This document shows, in pieces, positions 16,810 to 26,624 of a DNA stretch of 28,047 nucleotides. The notes beneath the pieces were generated by a model. The model did not search any database. It had not been told where the DNA came from and saw only the letters and a program-made list of their open reading frames with translations. Numbering within the stretch: position 1 is the stretch's first letter; each line of letters opens with the position of its first letter. The position numbers were made by a program, and so were the translations under genes. The stretch is taken from NCBI GenBank assembly GCA_036338595.1, contig JAYZBV010000062.1, forward strand, positions 1 through 28,047. The letters run 5' to 3'. The stretch comes from Planctomycetota bacterium (GTDB lineage Bacteria; Planctomycetota; UBA8108; UBA1146).

Positions 16810-18201
16810 ATGGAACAGATCCAAATACCAGCGCAACATCCAGGGACTGAAAAACTGCTGCCTACCATGGCGCTAATTCTCGTCTTCCTGTCGAGTTGTA
16901 TTTCGTCGCCTGGTGTCTATCAGCCACCGATGGAAACTCTTCTCCCCCGAGACTTCGGCGCATTTGAAAGTTCGAGGGTGATCGAGCCCGGGCAGCGTGA
17001 ACCCGCAGACACGCTGACACTCCAGGATGCCCTGTCGCTTGCCATGAGCCACAACCCGGAGCTCTCCGCCTCGTCCTGGAGAGTCGATGCCAGCAAGGCA
17101 CGCACCCTGCAAGCAGGATTACGTCCGAATCCACAGATCGAAGGTGAAGTGGAGAACTTTGCAGGAAGTTCCACTCTTGGCGGTTTCGATGAGGCAGAGA
17201 CCACCATTGCACTGAGTCAGTTGTTCGAACTCGGGGATAAGAGAAGAAAACGACTCCGAGTCGCGGAACTGGGTCAAGGACTTGCCGAATGGGACCTCCA
17301 GGCGAAGCGGCTGCAGCTCATCTCGCAGACATCGTTAGCCTTCATCGAGGTGCTCGCCGCACAGCAAAGGGTAGAACTTCAGTCAGCAAGTCTCGATCTT
17401 GCCCGTGAAGTACTGAACTCCGTTTCCGAGCGAGAAAATGCAGGAAAGAGTTCTCCCATCGAAACCATCCGCGCCCAGATCGTGGTTTCTCAGGGCGAAA
17501 TTTCTCTCGGCCGAGCGCGCCGTTCCCTCGATGCATCCCGAGCGTTGCTGGCAGCGAACTGGGGAAGTGATTCTGCACGGTTCACATCAGCCATTGGATC
17601 TCTGGATGAAACCCCGGACCTTCCATCGCTTGACAGTCTCAAGGCAAGGATCAGCAATAATCCAGATGTCTCCCGCTGGAATGTCGAGATCGCCCAACGA
17701 AGCGCTCGAATTGAACTGGCATCTGCCGAGGCCACTCCAGACGCAACCATCACCGGCGGTGCCCGGCTTCTTCAGGGTACCCAGGAAACCGCATTCGTCG
17801 TCGGCCTGTCGATTCCACTCCCCATCCATGACCGCAACCAGGGGCGCATCAGGGAAGCAGAAATTGATCTTTCGAGGGCGACCGATGAGCGCCGAGCTGC
17901 AGAGATTCGAGTCCACTCTGCCCTGATCGATGGATACCAGTCGCTACTCTCCTCGTTCCAGGAAGTCACCGCTCTTCGCGAGAAGGTTCTTCCCGCCGCC
18001 GCAGCCGCCTATGAAGGAATTCGCGAATCGTACCGTCAGGGGAAACTGACCCAACTCGATGTCCTGGACTCACAGAAGACGCTATTCGAGGTCAGGGATC
18101 AGTACGCGAGATCCCTCACTGATTACCACCGAGCCCGCGCTCTGGTCGAAGGCCTGGTGGGAACACCCATTTCCGAACTGAAGAATGGAGGCCTCCGATG
18201 A
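16810..18201 (+). CDS. czcC: Outer membrane factor (TolC/CzcC family) of a heavy-metal RND efflux system
   Basis: Lipobox-like LSSC; LTLQDALSLAMSHNPEL, QAGLRPNP, LSQLFELGDKRRKR, VGLSIPLPIHDRNQGRI, YRQGKLTQLDVLDSQKTL; GAGGA RBS; first gene of a C-B-A operon. Symbol denotes family only. Confidence 0.9.
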   Translation: MEQIQIPAQHPGTEKLLPTMALILVFLSSCISSPGVYQPPMETLLPRDFGAFESSRVIEPGQREPADTLTLQDALSLAMSHNPELSASSWRVDASKARTLQAGLRPNPQIEGEVENFAGSSTLGGFDEAETTIALSQLFELGDKRRKRLRVAELGQGLAEWDLQAKRLQLISQTSLAFIEVLAAQQRVELQSASLDLAREVLNSVSERENAGKSSPIETIRAQIVVSQGEISLGRARRSLDASRALLAANWGSDSARFTSAIGSLDETPDLPSLDSLKARISNNPDVSRWNVEIAQRSARIELASAEATPDATITGGARLLQGTQETAFVVGLSIPLPIHDRNQGRIREAEIDLSRATDERRAAEIRVHSALIDGYQSLLSSFQEVTALREKVLPAAAAAYEGIRESYRQGKLTQLDVLDSQKTLFEVRDQYARSLTDYHRARALVEGLVGTPISELKNGGLR

Positions 18202-19424
18202 AAATCAATCTGGCACTGACAGGCCTGTTGTTTCTGCTCATGGGAGTTCCAGGTTGCTTCCCAAAGGAACAGCCCAAGGAAGTACCACCGCAGAAGCCCA
18301 TCTCTTTCATGGATGCACTGTCGGCGCCACCGACTGATCAGGTGGATGAGATCCATCCTGACGATGTGCACATCACAGAAGCTCAGATGAAAGAATTTGG
18401 GATCGAGGTAATGGTAGCTGCTGCGGCCACGCTCTCTCTGGAGATTCAACTCCCGGGTGAAATAGTGGCCAATGCAGATCAGTTGGTGCACATCGTACCG
18501 AGCGTTCCCGGTATCGTCAGTGAGGTCAAGAAGCGCATCGGTGATCAGGTAACCGCTGGAGAAGTGCTGGCGACCCTCGACAGCCGAGAACTTGCCGCCG
18601 CCAAATCGAAATTTCTCGCCTCGACCGCCCGAGTGGGACTCGCTCAAACAACGCTGGTGCGAGAACAGAACCTCTGGGACAAGTTGATCGGGTCCGAGCA
18701 AGAGTATCTCGAGGCCAAAACTGCCTTCGAGGAGGCGAGTATTGCGCTTCGAGATTCAAAGCAGGCGCTTCATGCCCTCGGTCTGTCCGAGACAGATGTC
18801 CAGACACTGCCGGATGAGCCGGACACCGAGTTGACCCGTTTCGAGATGCGCGCACCGCTTGCAGGAGAAATCATCGAACGCCATCTGGTTCGGGGTGAGA
18901 TGCTCAAGGATGACTCTCAGGCGTTCGTCGTCGCAAACCTGGATACCGTCTGGGTCAACCTGGCGGTCTATCAGAAGTATCTGCCATCTGTCCGGATCGG
19001 GCAGACGGTTCGAGTCTTCCCGGGTAATGGTGTGAAAGAGCAAGAGGGGAACATCTCCTACCTCAGTCCTTTCCTCGAGGAGCAGACGCGTACCGCAACT
19101 GCTCGGGTCGTGCTCGAAAACGATGGCGGGCAACTTCGCCCAGGGCTATTCGTCACCGCAGTGATCCTCACGGGAGAACTCGCTGTTTCAGTCGCCATCC
19201 CGAAGAGCGCCATCACTGAAATCGAGGGGAAAAAGCACATCTTCATCAAGTCGGACCACGGATTCGCACCCAGGGCAATTCGCACGGGACGCTCTGATGG
19301 TGTGCTCGTTGAAATCACGGAGGGACTTTCTGCGGATGAGGCGTACGCATCCGAGGGCGTATTCTCACTCAAATCAGAACTTCAAAAAGAAGACTTTGGC
19401 AGTGGTCACGGCCACGCGCATTAG
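18198..19424 (+). CDS. czcB: RND periplasmic adaptor subunit (CzcB/CusB family)
   Basis: ATGA overlap with the upstream stop; lipobox-like VPGC; GDQVTAGEVLATLDS, RAPLAGEIIER, VANLDTVWV, TRTATARVVLEN...LRPGLFV; His-rich end GHGHAH. Confidence 0.92.
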   Translation: MKINLALTGLLFLLMGVPGCFPKEQPKEVPPQKPISFMDALSAPPTDQVDEIHPDDVHITEAQMKEFGIEVMVAAAATLSLEIQLPGEIVANADQLVHIVPSVPGIVSEVKKRIGDQVTAGEVLATLDSRELAAAKSKFLASTARVGLAQTTLVREQNLWDKLIGSEQEYLEAKTAFEEASIALRDSKQALHALGLSETDVQTLPDEPDTELTRFEMRAPLAGEIIERHLVRGEMLKDDSQAFVVANLDTVWVNLAVYQKYLPSVRIGQTVRVFPGNGVKEQEGNISYLSPFLEEQTRTATARVVLENDGGQLRPGLFVTAVILTGELAVSVAIPKSAITEIEGKKHIFIKSDHGFAPRAIRTGRSDGVLVEITEGLSADEAYASEGVFSLKSELQKEDFGSGHGHAH

Positions 19425-19436
19425 AGGAGAAAGAAG

Positions 19437-22400
19437 ATGTTGGAATCACTGATCCGCTCCTGTCTTCGTTCACCACTGATGGTGGTGGTGCTCGGAATCA
19501 TCGTCATGGGAGCCGGATACTTCAGCTACCAGAGAATGCCTGTAGATGCCTTCCCCGATGTTTCTCCAAACTTGGTCCAGGTATTCACCGTCACCGAAGG
19601 TCTCGCTCCCGAAGAGATCGAAAAGTATGTCACCTATCCCATCGAAGCCTCGCTCAGTGGCCTCCCTGGAACCGAGAAGATCCGTTCCGTCTCGAACTTT
19701 GGACTCTCCGTCGTCAATGTCTACTTCGAGGACGGGATGGACACCTACTTCGCCAGGAGACTGGTTGGAGAGAGACTGCAGGAAGCTCGCGAGGAAATCC
19801 CCGCTGGCTTCGGAGTGCCCCAGATGGGTCCGATCTCGACAGGTATGGGGCTGATTCTCTTCTACTACCTGGAAGACACCAGCGGCAGCCACTCCCTTGA
19901 AGAGCTTCGATCGATCCAGGACTGGATCGTCAAACGACATCTTCAGACGGTGCCAGGTGTGACCGAGGTGCTCGGAATCGGCGGTGACGAGAAACAGTAT
20001 CAAGTTCGAGTCCATCCCGATGCGCTACTTCGGTACGAAATTACTCTCCAGCAACTCATCGAGCATGTCGAGTCCAACAACCTCAATGTCGGGGCTCAGT
20101 TCATCGAGAAGAACGGCGAAGAATTCGTCGTCCGTTCAGTGGGCCTCGCCGCATCGATAGAGGACCTGCAGCGAATCGTCGTGAAGTCCATCGATGGCCG
20201 GCCCATATACCTCGCAGATCTTGCCGATGTCGAGATCGGATCCACGGTCCGGCGCGGTCTCCAGACACACAACGGCGCGGGAGAAGTTGTCTCCGGCATG
20301 GTCGTCAAGTTGTACGGGACAAACTCCTCGACGGTGATCAACCGTGTAGAGGAAAAACTGGCAGAAATCGAGGATATCCTCCCGGATGGAATTCGCATCG
20401 TTCCTTACTACGAACAGAAGAGCCTCGTCGAGGCGTGTGTATCCACGGTCCAAACCGCTCTCTTCCAGGGGATCGGCCTCGTGGTTCTGGTACTCCTTGT
20501 CTTCATGGGAGGATTGAGGCCCAGTTTCGTCGTCGCCCTCTCGATCCCCTTCTCGGTGCTATTTGCATTCGTACTGATGAGCTATTTCGGAATTACGGCG
20601 AACTTGATGTCACTGGGTGGGCTCGCCATCGCCATCGGCATGCTGGTCGATGGGGCCATCGTCATGGTCGAAAATGTGGATCGGCGCTTCAGAGACCCTA
20701 CGCAATCGAAACAGTCGGCAGTGCTCTCTGCCTGTTGCGAAGTGGGTCGGCCCATCGCCTTTGCGATCGCCATCATCATCCTCGTATTCCTGCCACTGTT
20801 CACGCTGCAAGGCGTCGAGGGAAAGATGTTCAGGCCACTGGCCTACACCGTCGCATTGGCGATGGCTGGCTCGCTGATCTATGCGCTGACCTTGGCTCCG
20901 GTGCTGTGCGCCTTTGTCATGAAAAAGTCCGATCAAGACTCAACAACACGGGAAAATCCCGTCGTCCGATTTTTTCTCGGCTTGTACCTTCCGTTGTTGC
21001 GATTTCTCGTGAAAAAGCGATCCCTTGCTGCCCTTCTTGCCGTAACGCTGCTGGCCATCGGGGCCAGCACTTTTCCGCAACTGGGATCCGAGTTCACACC
21101 CAAACTCAACGAGGGAACCATCGTGGTGAGGCTGACGATGGCCCCATCTATCTCGCTGGAAGAGAGCAAGCGAGTCACCTTGCTTGCAGAGAAACGAATG
21201 ATCGCACTGGCAGAAGTCAGAGAGGTTGTGAGTCGAATCGGGCGAGGTGAGGTGGGAGCTCATGCCGATCCGATCAACAGTGCCGAGATGTTCGTACTAC
21301 TGGAGCCGGAGACAGACAAGGCGCTTGAAGAGCTCGAACAATCGCTGCGGAATGCTCTGGCGGGAGTTCCCGGTGTGGGCGTGAACTTCACGCAGCCAAT
21401 TGAAATGAATGTCGATGAATTACTCGAGGGAGTTCGTGCCGAACTGGCCATCAAGCTCTTCGGTGAGAACCTCGATGTTCTGAAGCGGGAAGCGGATCGG
21501 ATCGCATCCGTGGTGAGTACGGTCGAGGGCGCCGTCGACATCCAGGTCGACCAGGTCAGCGGCACGCCACAATTGCTCATCCGTGTCAACCGCGAAGCGA
21601 TCGCCCGCTACGGGATCAATGTCTCCCAGGTGCAGGAAGTGATCCGTGCCGCAGTCGGCGGCCATGTGGCGGGGCAGATCTTCGAAGGGATTCGCCGCTT
21701 CGACATCCTCGTGCGCTATCAGCACCAGTATCGCGATACCAGAGAATCCATCTCGGCCATCCTGGTCGAGGCCCCCGACGGCGTGAAGGTGCCTCTCTCT
21801 GAGCTGGTGGAATTCAAGGAGATTGTCGGGCCCCGTCAGATCACCAGGGAACAGAACCAGCGCTTCATCTCGATCCAGTGCAATGTTCAAGGCAGGGACA
21901 TCGGTTCCTTTGTCGAGGAAGCGCAAGCCCAGATCGATGAACGCGTCGATCTTCCTCCGGGATATCTCGTCACCTGGGGAGGACAGTTCCGTCTTCAGCA
22001 GGAAGCGAACAAGCGCCTATTGCTCGTCATACCGATGACACTATTCGGGGTCTTTCTGCTCCTCTTCGGAAGTTTCAACCGGATGGGCAACACGCTGCTG
22101 ATCCTGCTCAACATTCCGCTCGCTCTCGTTGGAGGAGTGGTGGCCCTCTGGCTCTCGGGGCAAAATCTCTCGGTTCCTGCGTCCGTCGGGTTCATCGCAC
22201 TGTTCGGAATCGCACTGGAAAACGGCATGGTGCTGATCACCTGTCTCGATCAACTCGTTCGCGAAGGGCTCGGTATCGATGAAGCTTCAATAAAAGGCGC
22301 ATCGATGCGGCTGCGGCCCGTGCTCATGACAGCGCTGACTACAGGTCTTGGATTGATTCCACTGCTGTTTGCTCAGGGAAGCGGAAGCGAAGTGCAAAGG

Positions 22401-22520
22401 CCGCTGGCAACGGTGGTGGTCGGAGGACTCGCTACATCCACGGTGTTGACGTTGCTGGTGCTACCGGTGCTGTACCGATGGTTTTGCGGCAGACCATCCG
22501 AAGATGGATCATCCGCCTGA
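19437..22520 (+). CDS. czcA: Heavy-metal efflux RND permease (CusA/CzcA family)
   Basis: DAFPDVS, PEEIEKYVTYPIE, RSVSNFGLS, NLMSLGGLAIAIGMLVDGAIVMVEN, GVEGKMFRPLA, VGFIALFGIALENG, RLRPVLMTA, GSEVQRPLATVVVGGL; AGGAG RBS. Metal specificity not determinable. Confidence 0.93.
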   Translation: MLESLIRSCLRSPLMVVVLGIIVMGAGYFSYQRMPVDAFPDVSPNLVQVFTVTEGLAPEEIEKYVTYPIEASLSGLPGTEKIRSVSNFGLSVVNVYFEDGMDTYFARRLVGERLQEAREEIPAGFGVPQMGPISTGMGLILFYYLEDTSGSHSLEELRSIQDWIVKRHLQTVPGVTEVLGIGGDEKQYQVRVHPDALLRYEITLQQLIEHVESNNLNVGAQFIEKNGEEFVVRSVGLAASIEDLQRIVVKSIDGRPIYLADLADVEIGSTVRRGLQTHNGAGEVVSGMVVKLYGTNSSTVINRVEEKLAEIEDILPDGIRIVPYYEQKSLVEACVSTVQTALFQGIGLVVLVLLVFMGGLRPSFVVALSIPFSVLFAFVLMSYFGITANLMSLGGLAIAIGMLVDGAIVMVENVDRRFRDPTQSKQSAVLSACCEVGRPIAFAIAIIILVFLPLFTLQGVEGKMFRPLAYTVALAMAGSLIYALTLAPVLCAFVMKKSDQDSTTRENPVVRFFLGLYLPLLRFLVKKRSLAALLAVTLLAIGASTFPQLGSEFTPKLNEGTIVVRLTMAPSISLEESKRVTLLAEKRMIALAEVREVVSRIGRGEVGAHADPINSAEMFVLLEPETDKALEELEQSLRNALAGVPGVGVNFTQPIEMNVDELLEGVRAELAIKLFGENLDVLKREADRIASVVSTVEGAVDIQVDQVSGTPQLLIRVNREAIARYGINVSQVQEVIRAAVGGHVAGQIFEGIRRFDILVRYQHQYRDTRESISAILVEAPDGVKVPLSELVEFKEIVGPRQITREQNQRFISIQCNVQGRDIGSFVEEAQAQIDERVDLPPGYLVTWGGQFRLQQEANKRLLLVIPMTLFGVFLLLFGSFNRMGNTLLILLNIPLALVGGVVALWLSGQNLSVPASVGFIALFGIALENGMVLITCLDQLVREGLGIDEASIKGASMRLRPVLMTALTTGLGLIPLLFAQGSGSEVQRPLATVVVGGLATSTVLTLLVLPVLYRWFCGRPSEDGSSA

Positions 22521-22532
22521 TGTAACCACTCC

Positions 22533-23762
22533 CTAGGCCAGTAACTCCTGGGCGAGTTTCAACCGGCCAGCGATGTCGACTCCCTCAGGGCAAGCGCGAG
22601 TGGCCGCAGCGAAATCGACGCCATCGATCTGGCGCTCCGTAGGCAACAACTCGCGATAGAGGCGCTTTGCATTCTCCGGCTCGTCATAGCACTCGTAATA
22701 CATCAGGTAACGCAGCGAGTCGGCGATGCGGGTGTCGGCAAGAACGTGCGGTTGGCAATGCTGGGTACAGCCCATGCAGGCGAAACCGCTCGTGCAGGCG
22801 GCCAGACGATTGAGCTGGTGGAAATCACTCATGCCGAGTTTGATCGGTGACTTGGCCGCTGCGACGTTCTCCTTGAGAAGGTCGAGGCTGTCCATGTGAG
22901 AGACGGCGGAGTCGATGCGCTCGTCAGCCCACACCGCTTTCAGTTTTGCCTGACCGAGGGTGAAATTCTTCGACTTGAACTTGATCACCTCCTCTTGTGC
23001 CGCCGGAACCGACCTCTGGGTCTTCATCGCGATCAGCCCGATCTTGGCCTTCTTGCACGCATCGATGGCCTTGTTGAGTTCCTTGTCGCCGTACTGGCCG
23101 AAGCTGTAGCGGAACATGATGGCATCGATACCGCCAACCCTGGCCGCCTTGTTCATCAACTCGACAACATTTCCATCGTGGCAGGAAAACCCGAAGAACT
23201 TCGTCTTGTTCTGCTTCTTCAGCCTTTCCCCCATCTCGATGTATTCCTTCTCGAGGTACTTCGCATCGGAGACATAATGCATGAAGAAAAGATCGAGGTG
23301 ATCGACCTCGAGTTGAGCGAGACAGGTATCCAGATCTCGGGTGTAGGTTTTCACGGTGGCGCGGTTGCTCGGGGCTTTCGACGTGATCCAGATGTTGTCG
23401 CGTCCCACCTGTTTGATGAAAGGGGCCAGCGTCTTGTGACTTTCTCCTCTGGCGTATACCAGAGCCGTGTCGAGATAATCGACACCTTCCTTGAAGCCTC
23501 GGTGAAGCATCTTGTCGTACTTGGGATCGAATACCTGAGAACAACCAAAGAGAATGATGGGGATCTTCTCGCCTGTTGCCCCCAGTTCCCTGCGCGGAAC
23601 CTTCGGCAGCAACTTCTGTCCTTCGGGATCCTGGTCGGTCTTCTTTTCCTGGTCCTTGGTAGGATCCTGAGCCGCCGCCATGCCACTCATCGCTGACAGA
23701 CTCGCCCCTGCAACCAGGCTCTTCTTCAGGAAATCCCTGCGGTCCACATCTTTACTGTCCAT
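22533..23762 (-). CDS. Aldo/keto reductase family oxidoreductase with Tat signal and C-terminal Cys (Fe-S-like) module
   Basis: DRRDFLK Tat motif; PRRELGATG, YLDTALVY, ITSK, LDLFFMH (D/Y/K/H tetrad), IGLIAMKT; tail CMGCTQHC...ACPEGVDI; GGAGG RBS. Confidence 0.9.
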   Translation of the reverse strand: MDSKDVDRRDFLKKSLVAGASLSAMSGMAAAQDPTKDQEKKTDQDPEGQKLLPKVPRRELGATGEKIPIILFGCSQVFDPKYDKMLHRGFKEGVDYLDTALVYARGESHKTLAPFIKQVGRDNIWITSKAPSNRATVKTYTRDLDTCLAQLEVDHLDLFFMHYVSDAKYLEKEYIEMGERLKKQNKTKFFGFSCHDGNVVELMNKAARVGGIDAIMFRYSFGQYGDKELNKAIDACKKAKIGLIAMKTQRSVPAAQEEVIKFKSKNFTLGQAKLKAVWADERIDSAVSHMDSLDLLKENVAAAKSPIKLGMSDFHQLNRLAACTSGFACMGCTQHCQPHVLADTRIADSLRYLMYYECYDEPENAKRLYRELLPTERQIDGVDFAAATRACPEGVDIAGRLKLAQELLA

Positions 23763-23796
23763 GTTTCCTCCCGGGCCAGTGGCCCCGCAGCTTATC

Positions 23797-25464
23797 CTAA
23801 CCTGAACCGGAACGATTTTTCAGCAGCAAGCTGCGTTCCGCCGAACGACTTTCTCCAACAGCAGTGACATAAACCGCACGATCATCGCGAACGGGGCACT
23901 CTGCCTGGCAAATTCCGCAGCCGATGCACAGATCCGGAACGATGAAGGGCTTATTGAGTACGACCATCTCGTCAAACACGGTTTTCACTTCTTCATCGTG
24001 AGTCTGGATCGCCTTGGGCGAGACAGGGCACACCTCTTCGCAAACAACACATGGAATATCCATGGCATGTGGCAAGCAACGACCCTTGTCAAAAAAGGCA
24101 GTACCCAGAACGATGGGGCCCTGTTCGACGAACTCTCCCTTACCCAGTTTCTCATCGACGGTGATCTTCCTGATCGCCCCGGTGGGACACACCTCCGAAC
24201 ACAGCGTGCACTTCAACTGACAGTGCGCGATGTTGAAGTTCATGACCGGTGTCCACAGTCCTTCGAGGCCACCCTCAGCCCAAGTCGCCGGCTGCAACAC
24301 ATTGGTCGGGCACGAGTTGATGCACTGGTCGCACTTGATGCACTTCTCGAGGAACTCAGATTCTTCAACAGATCCAGGTGGTCGGATCAGATCAGCTGAG
24401 AAATTCGCATCGGTATTGGTGCCGTGGATCTTGAGGAAGGGATAGCCCAGCGCACCCACTACTCCGGCGAAAAGCATACGGCGCTGTGAGATATCGGGTA
24501 CTAGTTTTACCTGCTTCGTATCGAGTCCAACCATGCTGAAGGAAAGTGCGTCCTCCGGGCAGTCGTCGATGCAATTCATGCAGGAGAAACATTCGCTGAC
24601 ACGAACAGCAGCGTGCGGGTCCGCAGCTCCTTCACAGCGGGCGAGACACATGTTGCAGTCGGTGCACTTGTGAACATCTCGATTGATACGGACCAGCGAA
24701 AACCGAGAAAAAACGCCCAGCAAGGCGCCCAACGGGCAAATTAATCGACAGAAAAAGCGCGGCACGAAGACATTGGCTCCCACCAGCACCAGCATGAACA
24801 GACCGATCCAGAACGATCCGACGAAGACCCGACTCGACACGCCCGGGGCGAACTTGAGATTGTCGATCCACAGGGAGTCCATTCCCGGAAGCGAATCAAT
24901 CGTCATGTCGAAGATGGGCGCGACGACGGTGGCTGTGGTGCGATACATCAGGCAGATCGGATCAAGCAGTCCGATCTGAAGTGCGCCCATGGAGGCCATG
25001 ATGAGTAGTACCGCGAGGACGGCGTACTTGAAGTAGTACATGTCACGGTAGCGATTACGACCGAAGTTCTCCTTGGTCTTGTGAACGTTGAACAGCCACC
25101 CGATGAACTGATGGAGCGTACCGTAGGGGCAGATCCAGTTGCAGAAGACACGCCCGGCCAACAGCGTCAGGCCCAGCACCAGCAGACCCCAGCCGAGGAA
25201 GCGGTAGACGTATCCCGTCGAGAGCATGGTGGAGATCATCACCAGCGGATCCATCTCCAGGATTCGTGATACCGGGTAACCTTCGAGACGCGACGTCCAG
25301 GTCAACCAGCACAGCATGATGAATGCACTGAAGAAGAAGATCTGTGAAGTAATCCGCACGTTGGTCAATCGCAGTTTCTTGCGCACCGGCGGCGGGAAGT
25401 ACTTCACGGCGGGAGAGTCCGGCTTGGAACTGCCCGGATCAGGAACCACGGGTGGCAGGCTCAA
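23797..25464 (-). CDS. Membrane polyferredoxin, NapH/MauN-like domain fused to a NapG/MauM-like 4Fe-4S domain
   Basis: Several TM segments; [12 protein letters not shown] and [22 protein letters not shown] and [12 protein letters not shown]; then SQRRMLF plus hydrophobic helix; IRPPGS...[42 protein letters not shown]. Confidence 0.92.
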   Translation of the reverse strand: MSLPPVVPDPGSSKPDSPAVKYFPPPVRKKLRLTNVRITSQIFFFSAFIMLCWLTWTSRLEGYPVSRILEMDPLVMISTMLSTGYVYRFLGWGLLVLGLTLLAGRVFCNWICPYGTLHQFIGWLFNVHKTKENFGRNRYRDMYYFKYAVLAVLLIMASMGALQIGLLDPICLMYRTTATVVAPIFDMTIDSLPGMDSLWIDNLKFAPGVSSRVFVGSFWIGLFMLVLVGANVFVPRFFCRLICPLGALLGVFSRFSLVRINRDVHKCTDCNMCLARCEGAADPHAAVRVSECFSCMNCIDDCPEDALSFSMVGLDTKQVKLVPDISQRRMLFAGVVGALGYPFLKIHGTNTDANFSADLIRPPGSVEESEFLEKCIKCDQCINSCPTNVLQPATWAEGGLEGLWTPVMNFNIAHCQLKCTLCSEVCPTGAIRKITVDEKLGKGEFVEQGPIVLGTAFFDKGRCLPHAMDIPCVVCEEVCPVSPKAIQTHDEEVKTVFDEMVVLNKPFIVPDLCIGCGICQAECPVRDDRAVYVTAVGESRSAERSLLLKNRSGSG

Positions 25465-26624
25465 AGGATTTCCTTGATGCGACCGCTGTAGTCGATCTTG
25501 CCACTGCCCTTGGCTTCGGACTTGTGCAGATATTCTGGTAACTGGTCGGGATCACGCTTCAGCAGGTGCTCGAAGGCCCAGGCATCCTGGGCGACCGGGT
25601 CCAGCGACGCCATCACCACATCCCCGTCGACCACATTCGAGGGGTCTCCGCCGGTCGGTCCGTTCTCCATCAGGATCTTGGTGCCATCCAGAATCGTCAG
25701 TGTAGGACGGATCATGATCGAGAGATCGGAAACGATCTCGTGGATGTCCTGGTGGAACTGGCTGCGGCGTCCGCCGAGCAGCCCGTACCAGTTCTTGATC
25801 CCCATCGATGCGTAGCACAGATTGTGGTCCTTGACCGGGGCTACTCCGATCACCTTGTCGACATTCGTGAACGGACGGTGGAAGAACCACCACTCCTGGA
25901 TCAAAGTTGCCCCCGGAGTGGCGAGAAGTTTGAAGGCGTTGGTGTCTGGCAGATAAACTCGTCCTCCCGCTTTCTCTGCCGCCTTACGTAACCCTGTTTT
26001 CATGAAACAATCCGCAGGAGACTCGATGGGGTTGTCGCAAACTCGCACCTCCTGCGCGCGGCAGTCGACCAGCAGCATGTTGATCAACGCCTCGAGCAGT
26101 GCCGGTTGACTGGTCGCTCCCAGTGCAGGGGAACGATCGAAGGCGACATTCGGCTTCACCACCACGATGTCGCCCGGCTGGATGTAGTGTTTCAGGCCAC
26201 CGACCGCATCGAGTGCCTTGCGTAGCATCTGATCCGGCGTGCCTCCCCGTCCAATCCCCACATCGGCGGTCTGCTGGATCGGCTTCGGAACCCTGAAATC
26301 GTTGAGGCTGACCGGAGTGAAATGGGGTTTGCTTCGCAGCCCGGTCGTATCCCTGAGAGACAGGGGCCAGTCCTTGGGAGCGAGCGCCAGATAACCGGCA
26401 GCTCCCAGGATCCCCGCCGCAGCGCCGATGCGGCCCAGGAACTTGCGGCGTTCCATCGGGCCTTTTTCATAGTCGGGATGCTGGATCGGCTTGGCCCGGG
26501 GTGGCTCGCCCGACTCTGTTCCTGGAGGATCGGGCACAGCGGGATCAGGTACTGCGGGATCAGGTACTGCGGGATCAGGTTTGTCGGCACCCTGGGAACC
26601 AGCGGGTTTTTCTGACTCGTTCAT
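25461..26624 (-). CDS. DUF362 domain-containing protein with twin-arginine motif
   Basis: [57 protein letters not shown]...[16 protein letters not shown] match the DUF362 pattern as I know it; ERRKFLG at residues 58-64; ATGA overlaps at both ends. Alternative start ATG 26456. Confidence 0.88.
   Translation of the reverse strand: MNESEKPAGSQGADKPDPAVPDPAVPDPAVPDPPGTESGEPPRAKPIQHPDYEKGPMERRKFLGRIGAAAGILGAAGYLALAPKDWPLSLRDTTGLRSKPHFTPVSLNDFRVPKPIQQTADVGIGRGGTPDQMLRKALDAVGGLKHYIQPGDIVVVKPNVAFDRSPALGATSQPALLEALINMLLVDCRAQEVRVCDNPIESPADCFMKTGLRKAAEKAGGRVYLPDTNAFKLLATPGATLIQEWWFFHRPFTNVDKVIGVAPVKDHNLCYASMGIKNWYGLLGGRRSQFHQDIHEIVSDLSIMIRPTLTILDGTKILMENGPTGGDPSNVVDGDVVMASLDPVAQDAWAFEHLLKRDPDQLPEYLHKSEAKGSGKIDYSGRIKEIL
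26527..26580 (-). repeat. 15-nt in-frame tandem repeat (~3.6 copies) encoding PDPAV
   Basis: Plus strand GGATCGGGC ACAGCGGGATCAGGT ACTGCGGGATCAGGT ACTGCGGGATCAGGT. Confidence 0.92.

Noticed and set aside
26527..26580. Short repeats here and at 16378-16491 as possible CRISPR arrays
   Set aside because: Contiguous 15-nt in-frame coding repeats without spacers; no cas genes.
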